Shown here: in pieces, positions 28,078 through 36,951 of the stretch
Layout of the letters: each line of letters opens with the position of its first letter
How positions within the stretch are numbered: position 1 is the stretch's first letter
Origin: Acidimicrobiia bacterium
Lineage (GTDB): Bacteria; Actinomycetota; Acidimicrobiia; Acidimicrobiales; VFJN01
DNA: 64,000 bases
Direction of reading: 5' to 3'
NCBI GenBank assembly: GCA_046565645.1
Contig: JBKHYD010000046.1
Coordinates: forward strand, 28,380-92,379
The notes under the pieces: generated by a model
Told to the model about the DNA's origin: nothing
What the model saw: only the letters and a program-made list of their open reading frames with translations
Database searches by the model: none
Made by a program: the position numbers and the translations under genes

Positions 28078-28116
28078 GGCGGTACCGGACCAACCCGCCT
28101 CACCAAAACCGGAGGT
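28078..28116 (+). promoter_or_regulatory. Candidate preQ1-I-like riboswitch (H-type pseudoknot sequestering the SD)
   Basis: Proposed elements, in order: P1 GGCGG (28078-82) pairing with CCGCC (28095-99); L1 UA; P2 CCGG (28085-88) pairing with CCGG (28109-12); L2 ACCAAC; A-rich L3 UCACCAAAA; SD GGAGG (28111-15), 6 nt before the GTG at 28122. The element order and lengths match B. subtilis queC AGAGG-UU-CUAG-CUACAC-CCUCU-AUAAAAAA-CUAA. The downstream gene is yhhQ, a known preQ1-riboswitch target family. Confidence 0.5.
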
Positions 28117-28121
28117 CAGCG

Positions 28122-28802
28122 GTGACGACGACGCAGCGGGCGATCGCGCCCATCACGAAGGTGGCGGTGGCCGCCGTGGGCGCCTACGTGGGCGCCCAGG
28201 TGATCGCCGACGTGGCCAGCCTGAAGGTGGGGACGGTGGCGGACCGGGCCGTCGACCTCGGCACGTTCGTGTACCCCATCACCTTCACGCTGCGCGACGT
28301 CGTGCACAAGGCGCTCGGTCGGCGTGCCGCGCGCACGCTGGTGGTGACCGCGGCTGCGGTGAACGTGTTCATGGCCTTCTACCTGCAGTGGGCGGCCCGG
28401 GCCCCGGCCGACGCCTCCTACCCGCTCGGGCCGGAGTTCGAAGCCGTGCTCGCCCCCCTGTGGCGGATCACGATGGCCTCGATCTTGGCCGAGGTGGTCA
28501 GCGAGCTCGCCGACACCGAGGTGTACCACTGGTTCGTCCGCCGGGTCACCACCCGCCACCAGTGGGCGAGGGTGGCGGTCAGCAACGCGGTCAGCGTGCC
28601 GCTCGACAACGTGCTCTTCGCGGTCGTCGCCTTCGGGGCGCTGCCGGGACTGGAGGACCACGCCCTCACGCTCCCGTGGGAGGCGGTGTGGGACATCTTC
28701 GTGGTGAACCTCACGGTGAAGGCCCTCGTCAGCGCAGCCAGCCTGCCGCTCATCTACCTCACCCCGGACCGTGACTGGCGGGCCGACCCGGACGACGCCT
28801 GA
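28122..28802 (+). CDS. yhhQ: Queuosine precursor transporter (YhhQ / VUT family, DUF165)
   Basis: 226 aa polytopic membrane protein. YPITFTLRDVVHK, ELADTEVYHW and NAVSVPLDNVLF resemble the YhhQ family. Confidence 0.8.
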   Translation: MTTTQRAIAPITKVAVAAVGAYVGAQVIADVASLKVGTVADRAVDLGTFVYPITFTLRDVVHKALGRRAARTLVVTAAAVNVFMAFYLQWAARAPADASYPLGPEFEAVLAPLWRITMASILAEVVSELADTEVYHWFVRRVTTRHQWARVAVSNAVSVPLDNVLFAVVAFGALPGLEDHALTLPWEAVWDIFVVNLTVKALVSAASLPLIYLTPDRDWRADPDDA

Positions 28803-28823
28803 CCGGCGGCGGGCGGACGATGC

Positions 28824-30299
28824 TCAGGCGCAGGCCTCGAACGCGTCGCGCAGCGACGCCTGGAAGTCGTCCCGGCCGAAGACGGCCCCCTCCGGATCGA
28901 CGATCTCGTCGTAGGTGAGGCCGTCGATCACCCGTGCCGCGTAGCAGCGGGCCGCCGCGGCGTCGGCGATGGTGGCGGCGTCGGCGACGAGGTAGCCCCA
29001 GAGGCTGGGTAGGACGAGCGCGTCGGCCGAGCGGCCGGTCAGCTCGAGGTCGACGTCCTCGCCGGGGTCGCAGGACTCGAACCCGGGATCACCGTCGAGC
29101 TCGAACCGCTCGACCACCCCCGCCGGCATGGTGTCGGCCCAGGCGTCGAGGGCGGCGGACATCTCGGTGCCGTCGGCCTCGGTGTCGCCGGTGAAGACCG
29201 CCCTGACGCACGAGGTGCCGTCGCGCTCGAAGGCGATCGAACCGTCGCCACCCCAGCCCAGCGCCGCCTCGAAGGCGACCATCGGGTCGATCCGCTCGGC
29301 CAGGACCAGGAACCAGGTCGGCGTCCCGAACGGGCCCGCCTCGTCGAGGGGCTCGGCTCCGTCGGGAACCTCGATCTCGAGGCGGGTCGGCTCCTCGTCG
29401 GCCAGGTAGCTGCTCGGGTCGAAGAGGTGCTCCTCGGTGGCCGGCGGCTCGGTCAGGGCCTCGTCGACCGCAGCGTTGCCGCCCTGGTTCAGGAGCATCG
29501 TGACGAAGGGGCGGCCGAGCAGGTACGGCGCCGCGAACGTCGCGCCCAGGAACGGCGGCACCTCCGCCGTGGCGGCCTCGCTGGCCTCCACCTCGCCCGC
29601 GTGCTCCTGCTCGTACGCCTCGCGCTCGGCCGGCGTGAGCACGTCGGCGACGTACTCGTCCTCGACCCGCAGCGCGTCGCCCTCGACGAGCGCCCGGAAG
29701 GCGGCCGCCTCACCGCTGTCGAGCTCCTCGCCGTCGAGCCGCCGCAGGTCGAACGCCTGGTCCTGGAGGGCGTGGGTCAGCTCGTGCACGAGCGTGACCC
29801 GCAGACCCGCGGTGAGCTCGGTGCCCCGCACTCGGATGCGGCCGTCGTCGGGGTCGTAGAAGGCGAGGGTGCCGCCGTCGGTCACCGTGTTGAAGGCGGC
29901 CAGGAGGTCCAGCGGGCCCGACGCCACCCCCAGCGCCCGCAGCAGGCCCGCGTCCTGGGCCAGGGCGGCCCGGTCCTCGTCGGTCAGGTCGGCCTCGTCG
30001 GCGGTGGCTTCGGCGCGGTGCTCCTCGGCGGTGAGGAAGTCCACGTGGACCGGGTGCGCGAAGTCGAGCTCCCGGGCGTCCTCGACGAAGGCGGCCAGGT
30101 CGGCGACCCGGGGGTCCCACTCGTCGGGGTGGTCGAAGCGGGCGCCCCCGCCGGTGCTGCGCACCACGACCACCACCACGGCGGCCACGACGAGCAGCGC
30201 GATGCCGGCCGCCAGCGCCTTCGCCCACCGGGGTGCCGGCCCCGGTGGGCTCGGCGGAGGCGGCGGAGGGAGGGCGTCGAGGGGGTCGATCCAGCTCAC
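28824..30299 (-). CDS. Membrane-anchored extracytoplasmic protein with HExxH zinc-metalloprotease-like motif
   Basis: A Pro-rich N-terminus is followed by one TM segment (ALAAGIALLVVAAVVVVVV). The motif VHELTHALQD has a downstream EGDA. The family is not recognised. The gene overlaps the upstream flippase-like gene by 4 nt. Confidence 0.55.
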   Translation of the reverse strand: MSWIDPLDALPPPPPPSPPGPAPRWAKALAAGIALLVVAAVVVVVVRSTGGGARFDHPDEWDPRVADLAAFVEDARELDFAHPVHVDFLTAEEHRAEATADEADLTDEDRAALAQDAGLLRALGVASGPLDLLAAFNTVTDGGTLAFYDPDDGRIRVRGTELTAGLRVTLVHELTHALQDQAFDLRRLDGEELDSGEAAAFRALVEGDALRVEDEYVADVLTPAEREAYEQEHAGEVEASEAATAEVPPFLGATFAAPYLLGRPFVTMLLNQGGNAAVDEALTEPPATEEHLFDPSSYLADEEPTRLEIEVPDGAEPLDEAGPFGTPTWFLVLAERIDPMVAFEAALGWGGDGSIAFERDGTSCVRAVFTGDTEADGTEMSAALDAWADTMPAGVVERFELDGDPGFESCDPGEDVDLELTGRSADALVLPSLWGYLVADAATIADAAAARCYAARVIDGLTYDEIVDPEGAVFGRDDFQASLRDAFEACA

Positions 30300-31642
30300 G
30301 CGAGGGGTGCCACGCCCAGCACCTCGTCGGCATCCAGCTCGTCGCCGCCCATGGCGCCAGGGTGGGGCCCTGCGGGGACGGCGTCGTCATAGGCCCGCCG
30401 CCCGATCCAGTGGGTGCCGAAGGCGACCACGGCAGCGGCGAGGTTGCCGCCGAGGAACGCCCAGGCGGCGCCGTCGAGCTCGTGCTCGGGGACGAGCACG
30501 AGCGCGGAGCCGAGGATGGTGACGGTGAGGGTGGCGGTGATCGCGATGGTGGCGCCGGAGAAGTGCCGGATCCGTGCCTCGGTCAGGTACACCGAGGTGA
30601 CCGCCCACGGGATCGAGGCGGCCACCAGCGGAGGGAGCACGTCGGCCGCCGCCTGGTAGTCGTCTCCGTAGAGGGTCACGATCAGCTGCCGCAGGGCGGT
30701 GGCGAGGACCGTGGCCACGACCATGAGCCCGCCGGCCACCACCACCGCGAGGCGGACCTGGCTGCGCACGTGGGCGCCGTCGCGCCCGCCTTCGGCGAGG
30801 AGGGCCTGACCGATCGCCATCGGCACGTAGCCGGCCAGCCCCACGATGCCCCAGGCGACGTAGAAGCTCGCGTTCACGTCCGCGTCGACGTTCACCAGGA
30901 CGATCACCGGCATGGCGAAGGTGGGCGCCTGGTAGGCGAGCGTGGACAGCCAGTTGACGCCCGAGTAGCGGACCATGGCACGGGTGCTGGCCGGGAGGGG
31001 CGCGAAGCGGTGCCGGTCCCCCGTGACGAGGGGGAGCAGGCCCGTGACCACGATCCCGCTCACCGCAGTCGGCACGGTGGCGGCCACGAACAGCCACAGC
31101 GAGCGGTGGTCGTCCACCGGGAGCGCGAGGAGCGGGAACCGCAGGCCCGCCACCACCACCGCCCGCCAGATCACGAGCCCCCAGCGGCGCTGGGTCATGA
31201 GGCGCACGTCGACGAGGAGGGAGAGCCCGGTGCCGACCACGAGGAACACGAAGAGGGCGGGACCGAGGGTGGGGTCCCAGTCGCGCAGCTCGTCGATGGC
31301 GGCGGGGGAGACGACGTAGAGGTAGGCCAGCCCCACCACCGAGCCGGCCGCGGCGGTGGCGGCCGTGGCCCAGGCGTAGAGGACGTGGTCGTCGCGGGTG
31401 CGCCCGGCGGCGTAGCGGGCGACGGCCACCGGCTGCCCGAGGCCGGCGAGGAAGGCGACGAAGAGCACCGACGTGTAGAGCGCGGTGGCGTGGCCGACGT
31501 CGGTCTGCGTGTCGGAGCGGGCGGCCAGCAGCCAGAACAGCGCACCCGAGACCGCCTGCACGCCCGCGGTCACGACCAGCGCCGCCGACCCGGTGAGAAG
31601 GTGCCGATGCCCTGAGGCCCGGTGGCGCAGGACGCGCAGCAT
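30296..31642 (-). CDS. Polysaccharide/oligosaccharide flippase-like membrane protein (MOP/Wzx superfamily)
   Basis: 448 aa with roughly 12-14 predicted hydrophobic helices. Its composition and length fit polysaccharide biosynthesis (Wzx/MurJ-like) transporters. The assignment is by architecture only. Confidence 0.55.
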   Translation of the reverse strand: MLRVLRHRASGHRHLLTGSAALVVTAGVQAVSGALFWLLAARSDTQTDVGHATALYTSVLFVAFLAGLGQPVAVARYAAGRTRDDHVLYAWATAATAAAGSVVGLAYLYVVSPAAIDELRDWDPTLGPALFVFLVVGTGLSLLVDVRLMTQRRWGLVIWRAVVVAGLRFPLLALPVDDHRSLWLFVAATVPTAVSGIVVTGLLPLVTGDRHRFAPLPASTRAMVRYSGVNWLSTLAYQAPTFAMPVIVLVNVDADVNASFYVAWGIVGLAGYVPMAIGQALLAEGGRDGAHVRSQVRLAVVVAGGLMVVATVLATALRQLIVTLYGDDYQAAADVLPPLVAASIPWAVTSVYLTEARIRHFSGATIAITATLTVTILGSALVLVPEHELDGAAWAFLGGNLAAAVVAFGTHWIGRRAYDDAVPAGPHPGAMGGDELDADEVLGVAPLA

Positions 31643-31671
31643 CGGCGTGAGGCTACTGGGGTGGTCGGGCT

Positions 31672-31704
31672 TGCAACCGTCTTGACCGCAGGGTCAAGGT
31701 TGCA
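31672..31704. promoter_or_regulatory. 33 bp interrupted palindrome in a 64 bp divergent intergenic region
   Basis: TGCAACC-gt-CTTGACC gcag GGTCAAG-GGTTGCA gives 14 paired positions. It ends 2 nt before the ATG at 31707. Confidence 0.4.
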
Positions 31705-31706
31705 CG

Positions 31707-32630
31707 ATGGATGGGGGAGCCGAGGACGACGAGGTGCGCACCTACCCCGGGGCGCGCCGGCCCGATCGCCAGCGGACGGTCGACGCCCACGGGCTCGCCA
31801 TCGCCGTCTACGAGTGGGGCGACCCCGACGGCGAACCCATCCTGCTCACCCACGGCGGGTTCGACTTCGCCGCCACCTTCGACCTGCTCGCCCCACGGCT
31901 CGCCGACGAGGGCCTCCGGGTGGTGGCCTGGGACCAGCGAGGCCACGGCCACTCGGACCACGCCGCCCTCTACAGCTGGGATGCCGACCTGCGAGACGCC
32001 GCGCTCGTGCTCGACACGATCAGCCGGGAGCCCATCGCGGTGGTGGGGCACTCGAAGGGCGGGAGCCTCATGATGCAGCTGGCCAACGCCCTGCCGCACC
32101 GGGTCAGCAGCCTCGTGAACCTCGACGGCCTCCCCTCGCGCCGGAGCATGCCCGACATCCCCGACCACCAGCGGACCAAGCTCATGGCGAAGGACCTCAC
32201 CGACCGACTCGACCACCGGAGGGCGGTGGTGGGGAGGCAGCGCCGACCCGGGACGATCCGCGAGCTGGCCGAGCGCCGCCGCCAGATGAACCCCCGGCTC
32301 GACCTGGCGTGGTTGGAGTACGTGGTGACGATCGGCGCTCGCCGCGACCCCGACGGCTGGCGCTGGCGGATCGACCCGGCGATGCGCATGGGCGGCTTCG
32401 GGCCCTGGCGTCCGGAGTGGTCGATGATGCGGCTGCCCGACATCGGGGTGCCCGTGCTCGCCGTGCTCGGGCTGGAGCAGGAGGTGATGGGCTGGGGCAC
32501 CCGACCCGAGGACGTCGAGCCGAACCTGCCCGCCGGCGGGCGCCTCGTCACCCTGGACGGCGTCGGGCACTTCATGCACATCGAGCAGCCCCGAGCCGTG
32601 GCGGACCTGATCCTGGAGCACCTGGCATGA
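31707..32630 (+). CDS. Alpha/beta hydrolase
   Basis: The oxyanion region is LLTHGGFD and the nucleophile elbow is GHSKGG. A C-terminal GHFMHIEQP carries the catalytic His. Confidence 0.8.
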   Translation: MDGGAEDDEVRTYPGARRPDRQRTVDAHGLAIAVYEWGDPDGEPILLTHGGFDFAATFDLLAPRLADEGLRVVAWDQRGHGHSDHAALYSWDADLRDAALVLDTISREPIAVVGHSKGGSLMMQLANALPHRVSSLVNLDGLPSRRSMPDIPDHQRTKLMAKDLTDRLDHRRAVVGRQRRPGTIRELAERRRQMNPRLDLAWLEYVVTIGARRDPDGWRWRIDPAMRMGGFGPWRPEWSMMRLPDIGVPVLAVLGLEQEVMGWGTRPEDVEPNLPAGGRLVTLDGVGHFMHIEQPRAVADLILEHLA

Positions 32631-33295
32631 GCCCCACCGAGATCACCCGGCTCCAGCACGGCCGGGTCGGCCTCGCCCTCCACCACCTGCGAGGGGGGCC
32701 CGGCCGGCCGCTCCTCTGCCTCCACGGTCTGGGTGAGCGGACCCCCGACGAGGTGCCGGCGCCGCTGTCGGCCTGGCCTGGGCCGGTCTACGGCCTCGAC
32801 CTCACCGGCCACGGCGGCTCCGACGTCCCGGCCGGAGGCGGCTACTACTGCGAGGCGCTCATGGGCGACGTCGACGCCGCGCTCGCCCACCTCGGCCCGG
32901 CCACCATCTACGGGCGGGGCCTCGGTGCCTACGTGGCGCTCCTCATCGCCGGGGCCCGCCCGGCGCTGGTGCGCGGCGCCATCCTCGCTGACGGGCCCGG
33001 GCTCGCGGGCGGCGGACCCACGCCGCCGGCGGCGTCGATCCTCACGGTCGTCGACCCCCCGCCCCCGGGCGGCACGCCCGATCCCTGGGCGATGCACGAG
33101 CTGGTCCGCGACGTCCGTCCGCCCGACTACGCGGACACCTACGCCCGGCTGGCCTCGGTCAACAGTGGCCTCGACATCGCCCTGGCGGTCGTCGGCGTCA
33201 ACCGGCCGCCGTGGCTGGAGGCGGTGGTGCAGGAGCCGGGCGTGCTGGAGTGCTCGCTGGCCGAGGCCCTGGAGCGCTTCGCGGCCGTGGACTAG
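32627..33295 (+). CDS. Alpha/beta hydrolase-fold protein lacking the nucleophile serine (probable pseudoenzyme)
   Basis: ATGA overlap with the preceding hydrolase gene. LCLHGLGE is present, but the elbow reads YGRGLGAY (G-R-G-L-G) instead of G-x-S-x-G. Confidence 0.6.
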   Translation: MSPTEITRLQHGRVGLALHHLRGGPGRPLLCLHGLGERTPDEVPAPLSAWPGPVYGLDLTGHGGSDVPAGGGYYCEALMGDVDAALAHLGPATIYGRGLGAYVALLIAGARPALVRGAILADGPGLAGGGPTPPAASILTVVDPPPPGGTPDPWAMHELVRDVRPPDYADTYARLASVNSGLDIALAVVGVNRPPWLEAVVQEPGVLECSLAEALERFAAVD

Positions 33296-33301
33296 AGGGC
33301 G

Positions 33302-34366
33302 TCAGGCCTGGCGCCAGGCGACGAAGTGGGCCAGCTCGACGAGCGCGGAGCGGGCCTCGGGGGCGATGGGCGCCTGCTCGATGGCCGCCAGGGCCTCGGC
33401 GGTGAGGTCGTCGATCGACCGCTCGATGGCGCGGACGGCCCCGGTGTCGGTGAGGACCTGCTGGATGGCCGCGATCCCCTGCTCGTCGAGGTCCGGCGTG
33501 CCGACCTCGCCCAGCACGGCCGCCTGGGGCGGTTCGGCCACGGCGGCCGCCGCGGCGAGGAGCGGCGTGGGCTTGCCCTCCCGGAGGTCGTCGCCCACCG
33601 GCTTGCCGGTGGCCGCCTCCTCGCCGAACGCGCCGAGGAGGTCGTCGCGCAGCTGGAAGGCCTCCCCGAGCGGATCGCCGTAGGCCGAGAGCGGTCCCTC
33701 AAGCTCGGCGAGGCGCCCGGCGAGGGCCGCCCCCACGTGGAGCGGACGCTCGATCGTGTACTTCCCCGACTTGTAGCGGGCGATGCGGCGGGCCGCCGCC
33801 GGGTCGATGTCGGCCCGGGCGGTGCCGAGGAGATCGAGGTACTGGCCCACGTTGAGCTCGATGCGGAGCTCGTCCCACACCTGTTGCACGGCGGGATCCA
33901 CGCGGGGGAGGAGCTGGTCGGCGTACACGTGGGCGAGGTCGCCGATGAGGATCGCCACCCCCTCCCCGAACCGGCGGGCCTCGCCCCGCCAGCCGTCGCC
34001 GGCGTGGCGGTCGCCGTAGGCCAGGTGGGCTGTGCGAGCGCCGCGTCGCATGGCCGAGCCGTCCATCACGTCGTCGTGGACGAGGGCGAAGGCCTGGAGC
34101 ATCTCGAACGCGGCGCCGGCGTCGATCACCGGATCGTCCTGCGGGTCGCCTCCGGCCCCGACGTAGCCCCAGAAGCAGAAGGCGGGCCGCAGACGCTTCC
34201 CCCCGCCCATGACGAGGCTGCGCAGCGACTCGAGCGGCGGGACCAGGTCGACGCTGAGCTGCTTCCACCGGTTGAGCTCGCCGTCGAAGAGCCGGGCCAG
34301 CCGAGCCTCGACGCGGTCGGCGACCACCAGCAGGCTCGGCGGGGCGGGAGCGTCGGGAGCGTCCAT
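33302..34366 (-). CDS. Polyprenyl diphosphate synthase (trans-isoprenyl diphosphate synthase family)
   Basis: The first Asp-rich motif is LVHDDVMDGSAMRRG and the second is FQLRDDLLG. Chain length cannot be predicted by eye. Confidence 0.85.
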   Translation of the reverse strand: MDAPDAPAPPSLLVVADRVEARLARLFDGELNRWKQLSVDLVPPLESLRSLVMGGGKRLRPAFCFWGYVGAGGDPQDDPVIDAGAAFEMLQAFALVHDDVMDGSAMRRGARTAHLAYGDRHAGDGWRGEARRFGEGVAILIGDLAHVYADQLLPRVDPAVQQVWDELRIELNVGQYLDLLGTARADIDPAAARRIARYKSGKYTIERPLHVGAALAGRLAELEGPLSAYGDPLGEAFQLRDDLLGAFGEEAATGKPVGDDLREGKPTPLLAAAAAVAEPPQAAVLGEVGTPDLDEQGIAAIQQVLTDTGAVRAIERSIDDLTAEALAAIEQAPIAPEARSALVELAHFVAWRQA

Positions 34367-34455
34367 GGCCGGCTCGATGCTAGGCCGCGTCCCCGGCTCG
34401 TCAGCCAGCGGCGCGGGGTTGGGCCCGGGCCACCGCGATCCGCGGGTCGGTGACC

Positions 34456-34725
34456 TCAGGCCTCGGTGGGGTCGGTTGCGCTGCCGTCCTCGAGCGAGCT
34501 CGGATCGAGGTCGGCCACGATCTGTGTCACCTCGATGCGGGCGGCGGTGATCCGGTCCCGGCAGACCCGCAGGAGCTCGGCGGCTCGCTTCACCCGGGCG
34601 GCCAGGACGTCGACGTCGACGGAGTCGTCCTCGATCTCGTCGAGGATGCGCTCCAGCTCGGCGAGGGCGGCGCCGTAGCCGATCTCGGCGTCGTCGGCCG
34701 TGTCGGGGGGCATGGTGTCAGCCAT
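34456..34725 (-). CDS. xseB: Exodeoxyribonuclease VII small subunit
   Basis: 89 aa, with YGAALAELERILDEIEDDSVDVDVLAARVKRAAELLRVCRDRI. It overlaps the xseA stop by 8 nt. Confidence 0.85.
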   Translation of the reverse strand: MADTMPPDTADDAEIGYGAALAELERILDEIEDDSVDVDVLAARVKRAAELLRVCRDRITAARIEVTQIVADLDPSSLEDGSATDPTEA

Positions 34726-36118
34726 CGCGGTCCACCGTAGACCGCACCTCGCCGTCGGCCAGGCGGGTGCGGAGCGCATCGCCGGGGGCCACGTCGCGGT
34801 GGGAGCGCACGACCCGGCCGTCCGCGGTGGTGGTGATCGACCAGCCCCGGGCGAGGGCGCGCTGCGGGTCGAGCGCCCGAACCCGGGCCTCGAGCGCGTC
34901 GGTGACCCGCTCGGCCTCGGCCAGCGCCCGGGGGGCGCGCTGGGCGAGGCGCCGCTCGGCGCCGGCCACGGCGGCCGAGGCGTCGCGGACCTGGATCCTG
35001 GTGGCCCCCCGCAGGCGCCCGAGGTCGCGCCCCAGGCGCTGCTCGGACCGGGCGGTGGCGATGACCCCGGCCCGCCGGACCCGCTCGGCCAGCGTGCCGA
35101 GCCGCTGATCGGCGGCGGACAGGCAGGTGTCGACCCCCCGGGCGGCGCGGCGGGTGTGGTGCCGGAGCGAGGCGTCGTGGGCGGCGAGGTCCCGCTGGGC
35201 GAGGCGGGCGATCGTGGCCCAGGCCTCCTCCACCCGGCCCAGGTGGTCCGCCACCCTCGCCACGAGGAGCTGCGCGCAGGCGGTGGGGGTCTTCTCGCTG
35301 CGGTGGGCGACGTCGTCCGCCACGGACCGGTCGATCTCGTGCCCGATGCCGGTGATCACCGGCACCGGGCACCGGGCGATGGTTCGGGCGACCAGCTCGT
35401 CGTCGAAGGCGGCGAGGTCCGTCCGGGCGCCGCCCCCGCGGACCACGGCGACCACCTGGCAGCCCCGGGCAGCGACGCTGGCGATGCCACGGGCGACCGA
35501 CCGCGGCGCTCCGGTGCCCTGGACCCGGACGTCGACGCTCAGCACCTGGAAGGCGAGCCCGCTGCGGCGCAGCTCGTCCAGGAAGTCGGCCTCCGCGGCG
35601 CTGGCCCGGCTCGTGACCAGGCCGACCCGCAGGGGCACCGCGGGGAGCGCCAGCGCCGCCTGTCGCTCGAGCAGGCCCTCCTCCAGCAGGCGGGCGAGGA
35701 GCTGGGCCCGCGCCACCTCCAGCCGGCCCAACGTGTAGGCCGGATCGATGGCGGTCATCCGCAGCTGGAGCTGGCCCCGAGGGCCGTACCAGTCCAGTCG
35801 CCCGCGGATCCGCACCTCGGTGCCGTCCACCATCCGGACGCCGCCGCCGGCCCGGGTGAGCGCCCGGTTCACCGCCACCTTGTTGGCGGCCGAGAGCATC
35901 ACCGAGAGCTGCGCTCGGGAGCCGTCCTCCCGCTGCTCGACCAGGGTGAGGTAGACGTGGCCGGACGCCGGGCGGGACAGGTCGTGGATCTCGCCCCGCA
36001 CCCAGACCTCGCTGCGGAACGACGCTCGCAGGGCGTGCCCGATGGCGTCGCTCAGCTCCCCGACGGAGAACGTCGGCTCTGGGGCGGCCCCCACCTCGGG
36101 TTCGTCGAACAGCGACAC
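34718..36118 (-). CDS. xseA: Exodeoxyribonuclease VII large subunit
   Basis: GTG start. The OB-fold N-terminus is SVGELSDAIGHALRASFRSEVWVRGEI, followed by the catalytic region VVRGGGA and a coiled-coil C-terminal part. Confidence 0.9.
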   Translation of the reverse strand: MSLFDEPEVGAAPEPTFSVGELSDAIGHALRASFRSEVWVRGEIHDLSRPASGHVYLTLVEQREDGSRAQLSVMLSAANKVAVNRALTRAGGGVRMVDGTEVRIRGRLDWYGPRGQLQLRMTAIDPAYTLGRLEVARAQLLARLLEEGLLERQAALALPAVPLRVGLVTSRASAAEADFLDELRRSGLAFQVLSVDVRVQGTGAPRSVARGIASVAARGCQVVAVVRGGGARTDLAAFDDELVARTIARCPVPVITGIGHEIDRSVADDVAHRSEKTPTACAQLLVARVADHLGRVEEAWATIARLAQRDLAAHDASLRHHTRRAARGVDTCLSAADQRLGTLAERVRRAGVIATARSEQRLGRDLGRLRGATRIQVRDASAAVAGAERRLAQRAPRALAEAERVTDALEARVRALDPQRALARGWSITTTADGRVVRSHRDVAPGDALRTRLADGEVRSTVDRDG

Positions 36119-36204
36119 GGACTCCCACGCTAGGCATCCGGTGCGACAGCGGGCGCTCCGCGGTCAGGCCCGAGGCGGCCGGGCGGCCGCCGGGCGCGGG
36201 TCGA

Positions 36205-36233
36205 CCCCGGATCGGGGGTGGACCGATCCGGGG
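36205..36233 (-). terminator. Terminator hairpin downstream of the membrane-protein gene
   Basis: CCCCGGATCG ggggtggac CGATCCGGGG forms a perfect 10 bp stem. It lies about 50 nt after the stop at 36283. Confidence 0.5.
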
Positions 36234-36282
36234 CCGACGACGGGTCCCGTTCCCGGGCGACGGTCGCAGGCGGGTCAGCGCA

Positions 36283-36951
36283 TCAGCGGCGCTGCCAGAA
36301 CCGGCGGCGCTCGACGCGCTCCTCGCGCTGCTGCAGATCGAGGGTGCGGACGTTGGTGTGCGTGCTGCGCCACACCGGCAGAGCCATGGCCGCCACGGCG
36401 ACGAGCGCTCCGAGAGGCACCAGGAGCCAGCCGAAGCTGCGCTCGAGGCCCAGCTCGTCGGGCAGGGCGCCGCTCTCGGCCACCACCAGCACCCCCGCCA
36501 CGACCATGGTGGCGCCGAGGAGGATGCTGATCGCTCGGCCCCACGCGCCGCTGCCCACCAGCATCAGCAGGAGGCCGAGCCCGATCTCGCCGAGGCCCAG
36601 CCATGCGGTGTGGTCGAGCCCCATCACCTGCACGACCGGGTCGGCCACGGGTTCGGAGATGCCGGCCCGGAGGAGGGCGAGGGTCCCGAGGACCACAAGC
36701 CCGCCGCCCACCACCATGGACACCAGCTGGCCGGGGGCGAAGGTCCAGGAGCGCTCCCGGACCAGGGTGGGGGTGGTGGCGGCGTCCCCGTCAGGGGCGC
36801 CCTCACGGTCCCGGGAGGTGACGATCGTCGGGTCGTCAGATCGGCCCTCGGGCCGGCCGTCTCGCAGGTCGACCGCCTCGTCGCGCCGTTCGATCACGTC
36901 CGTTTGCTCGGCGGTGCGGTCCTCGCTGCGCTCTCGGTGGAGCAGTCCCAT
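36283..36951 (-). CDS. Hypothetical membrane protein (charged N-terminal region + about 4 TM helices)
   Basis: ATG at 36951 is preceded by AAGGAGG. The N-terminus is acidic/basic and low in complexity, followed by Gly/Leu/Val-rich helices. No family was recognised. Confidence 0.5.
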   Translation of the reverse strand: MGLLHRERSEDRTAEQTDVIERRDEAVDLRDGRPEGRSDDPTIVTSRDREGAPDGDAATTPTLVRERSWTFAPGQLVSMVVGGGLVVLGTLALLRAGISEPVADPVVQVMGLDHTAWLGLGEIGLGLLLMLVGSGAWGRAISILLGATMVVAGVLVVAESGALPDELGLERSFGWLLVPLGALVAVAAMALPVWRSTHTNVRTLDLQQREERVERRRFWQRR

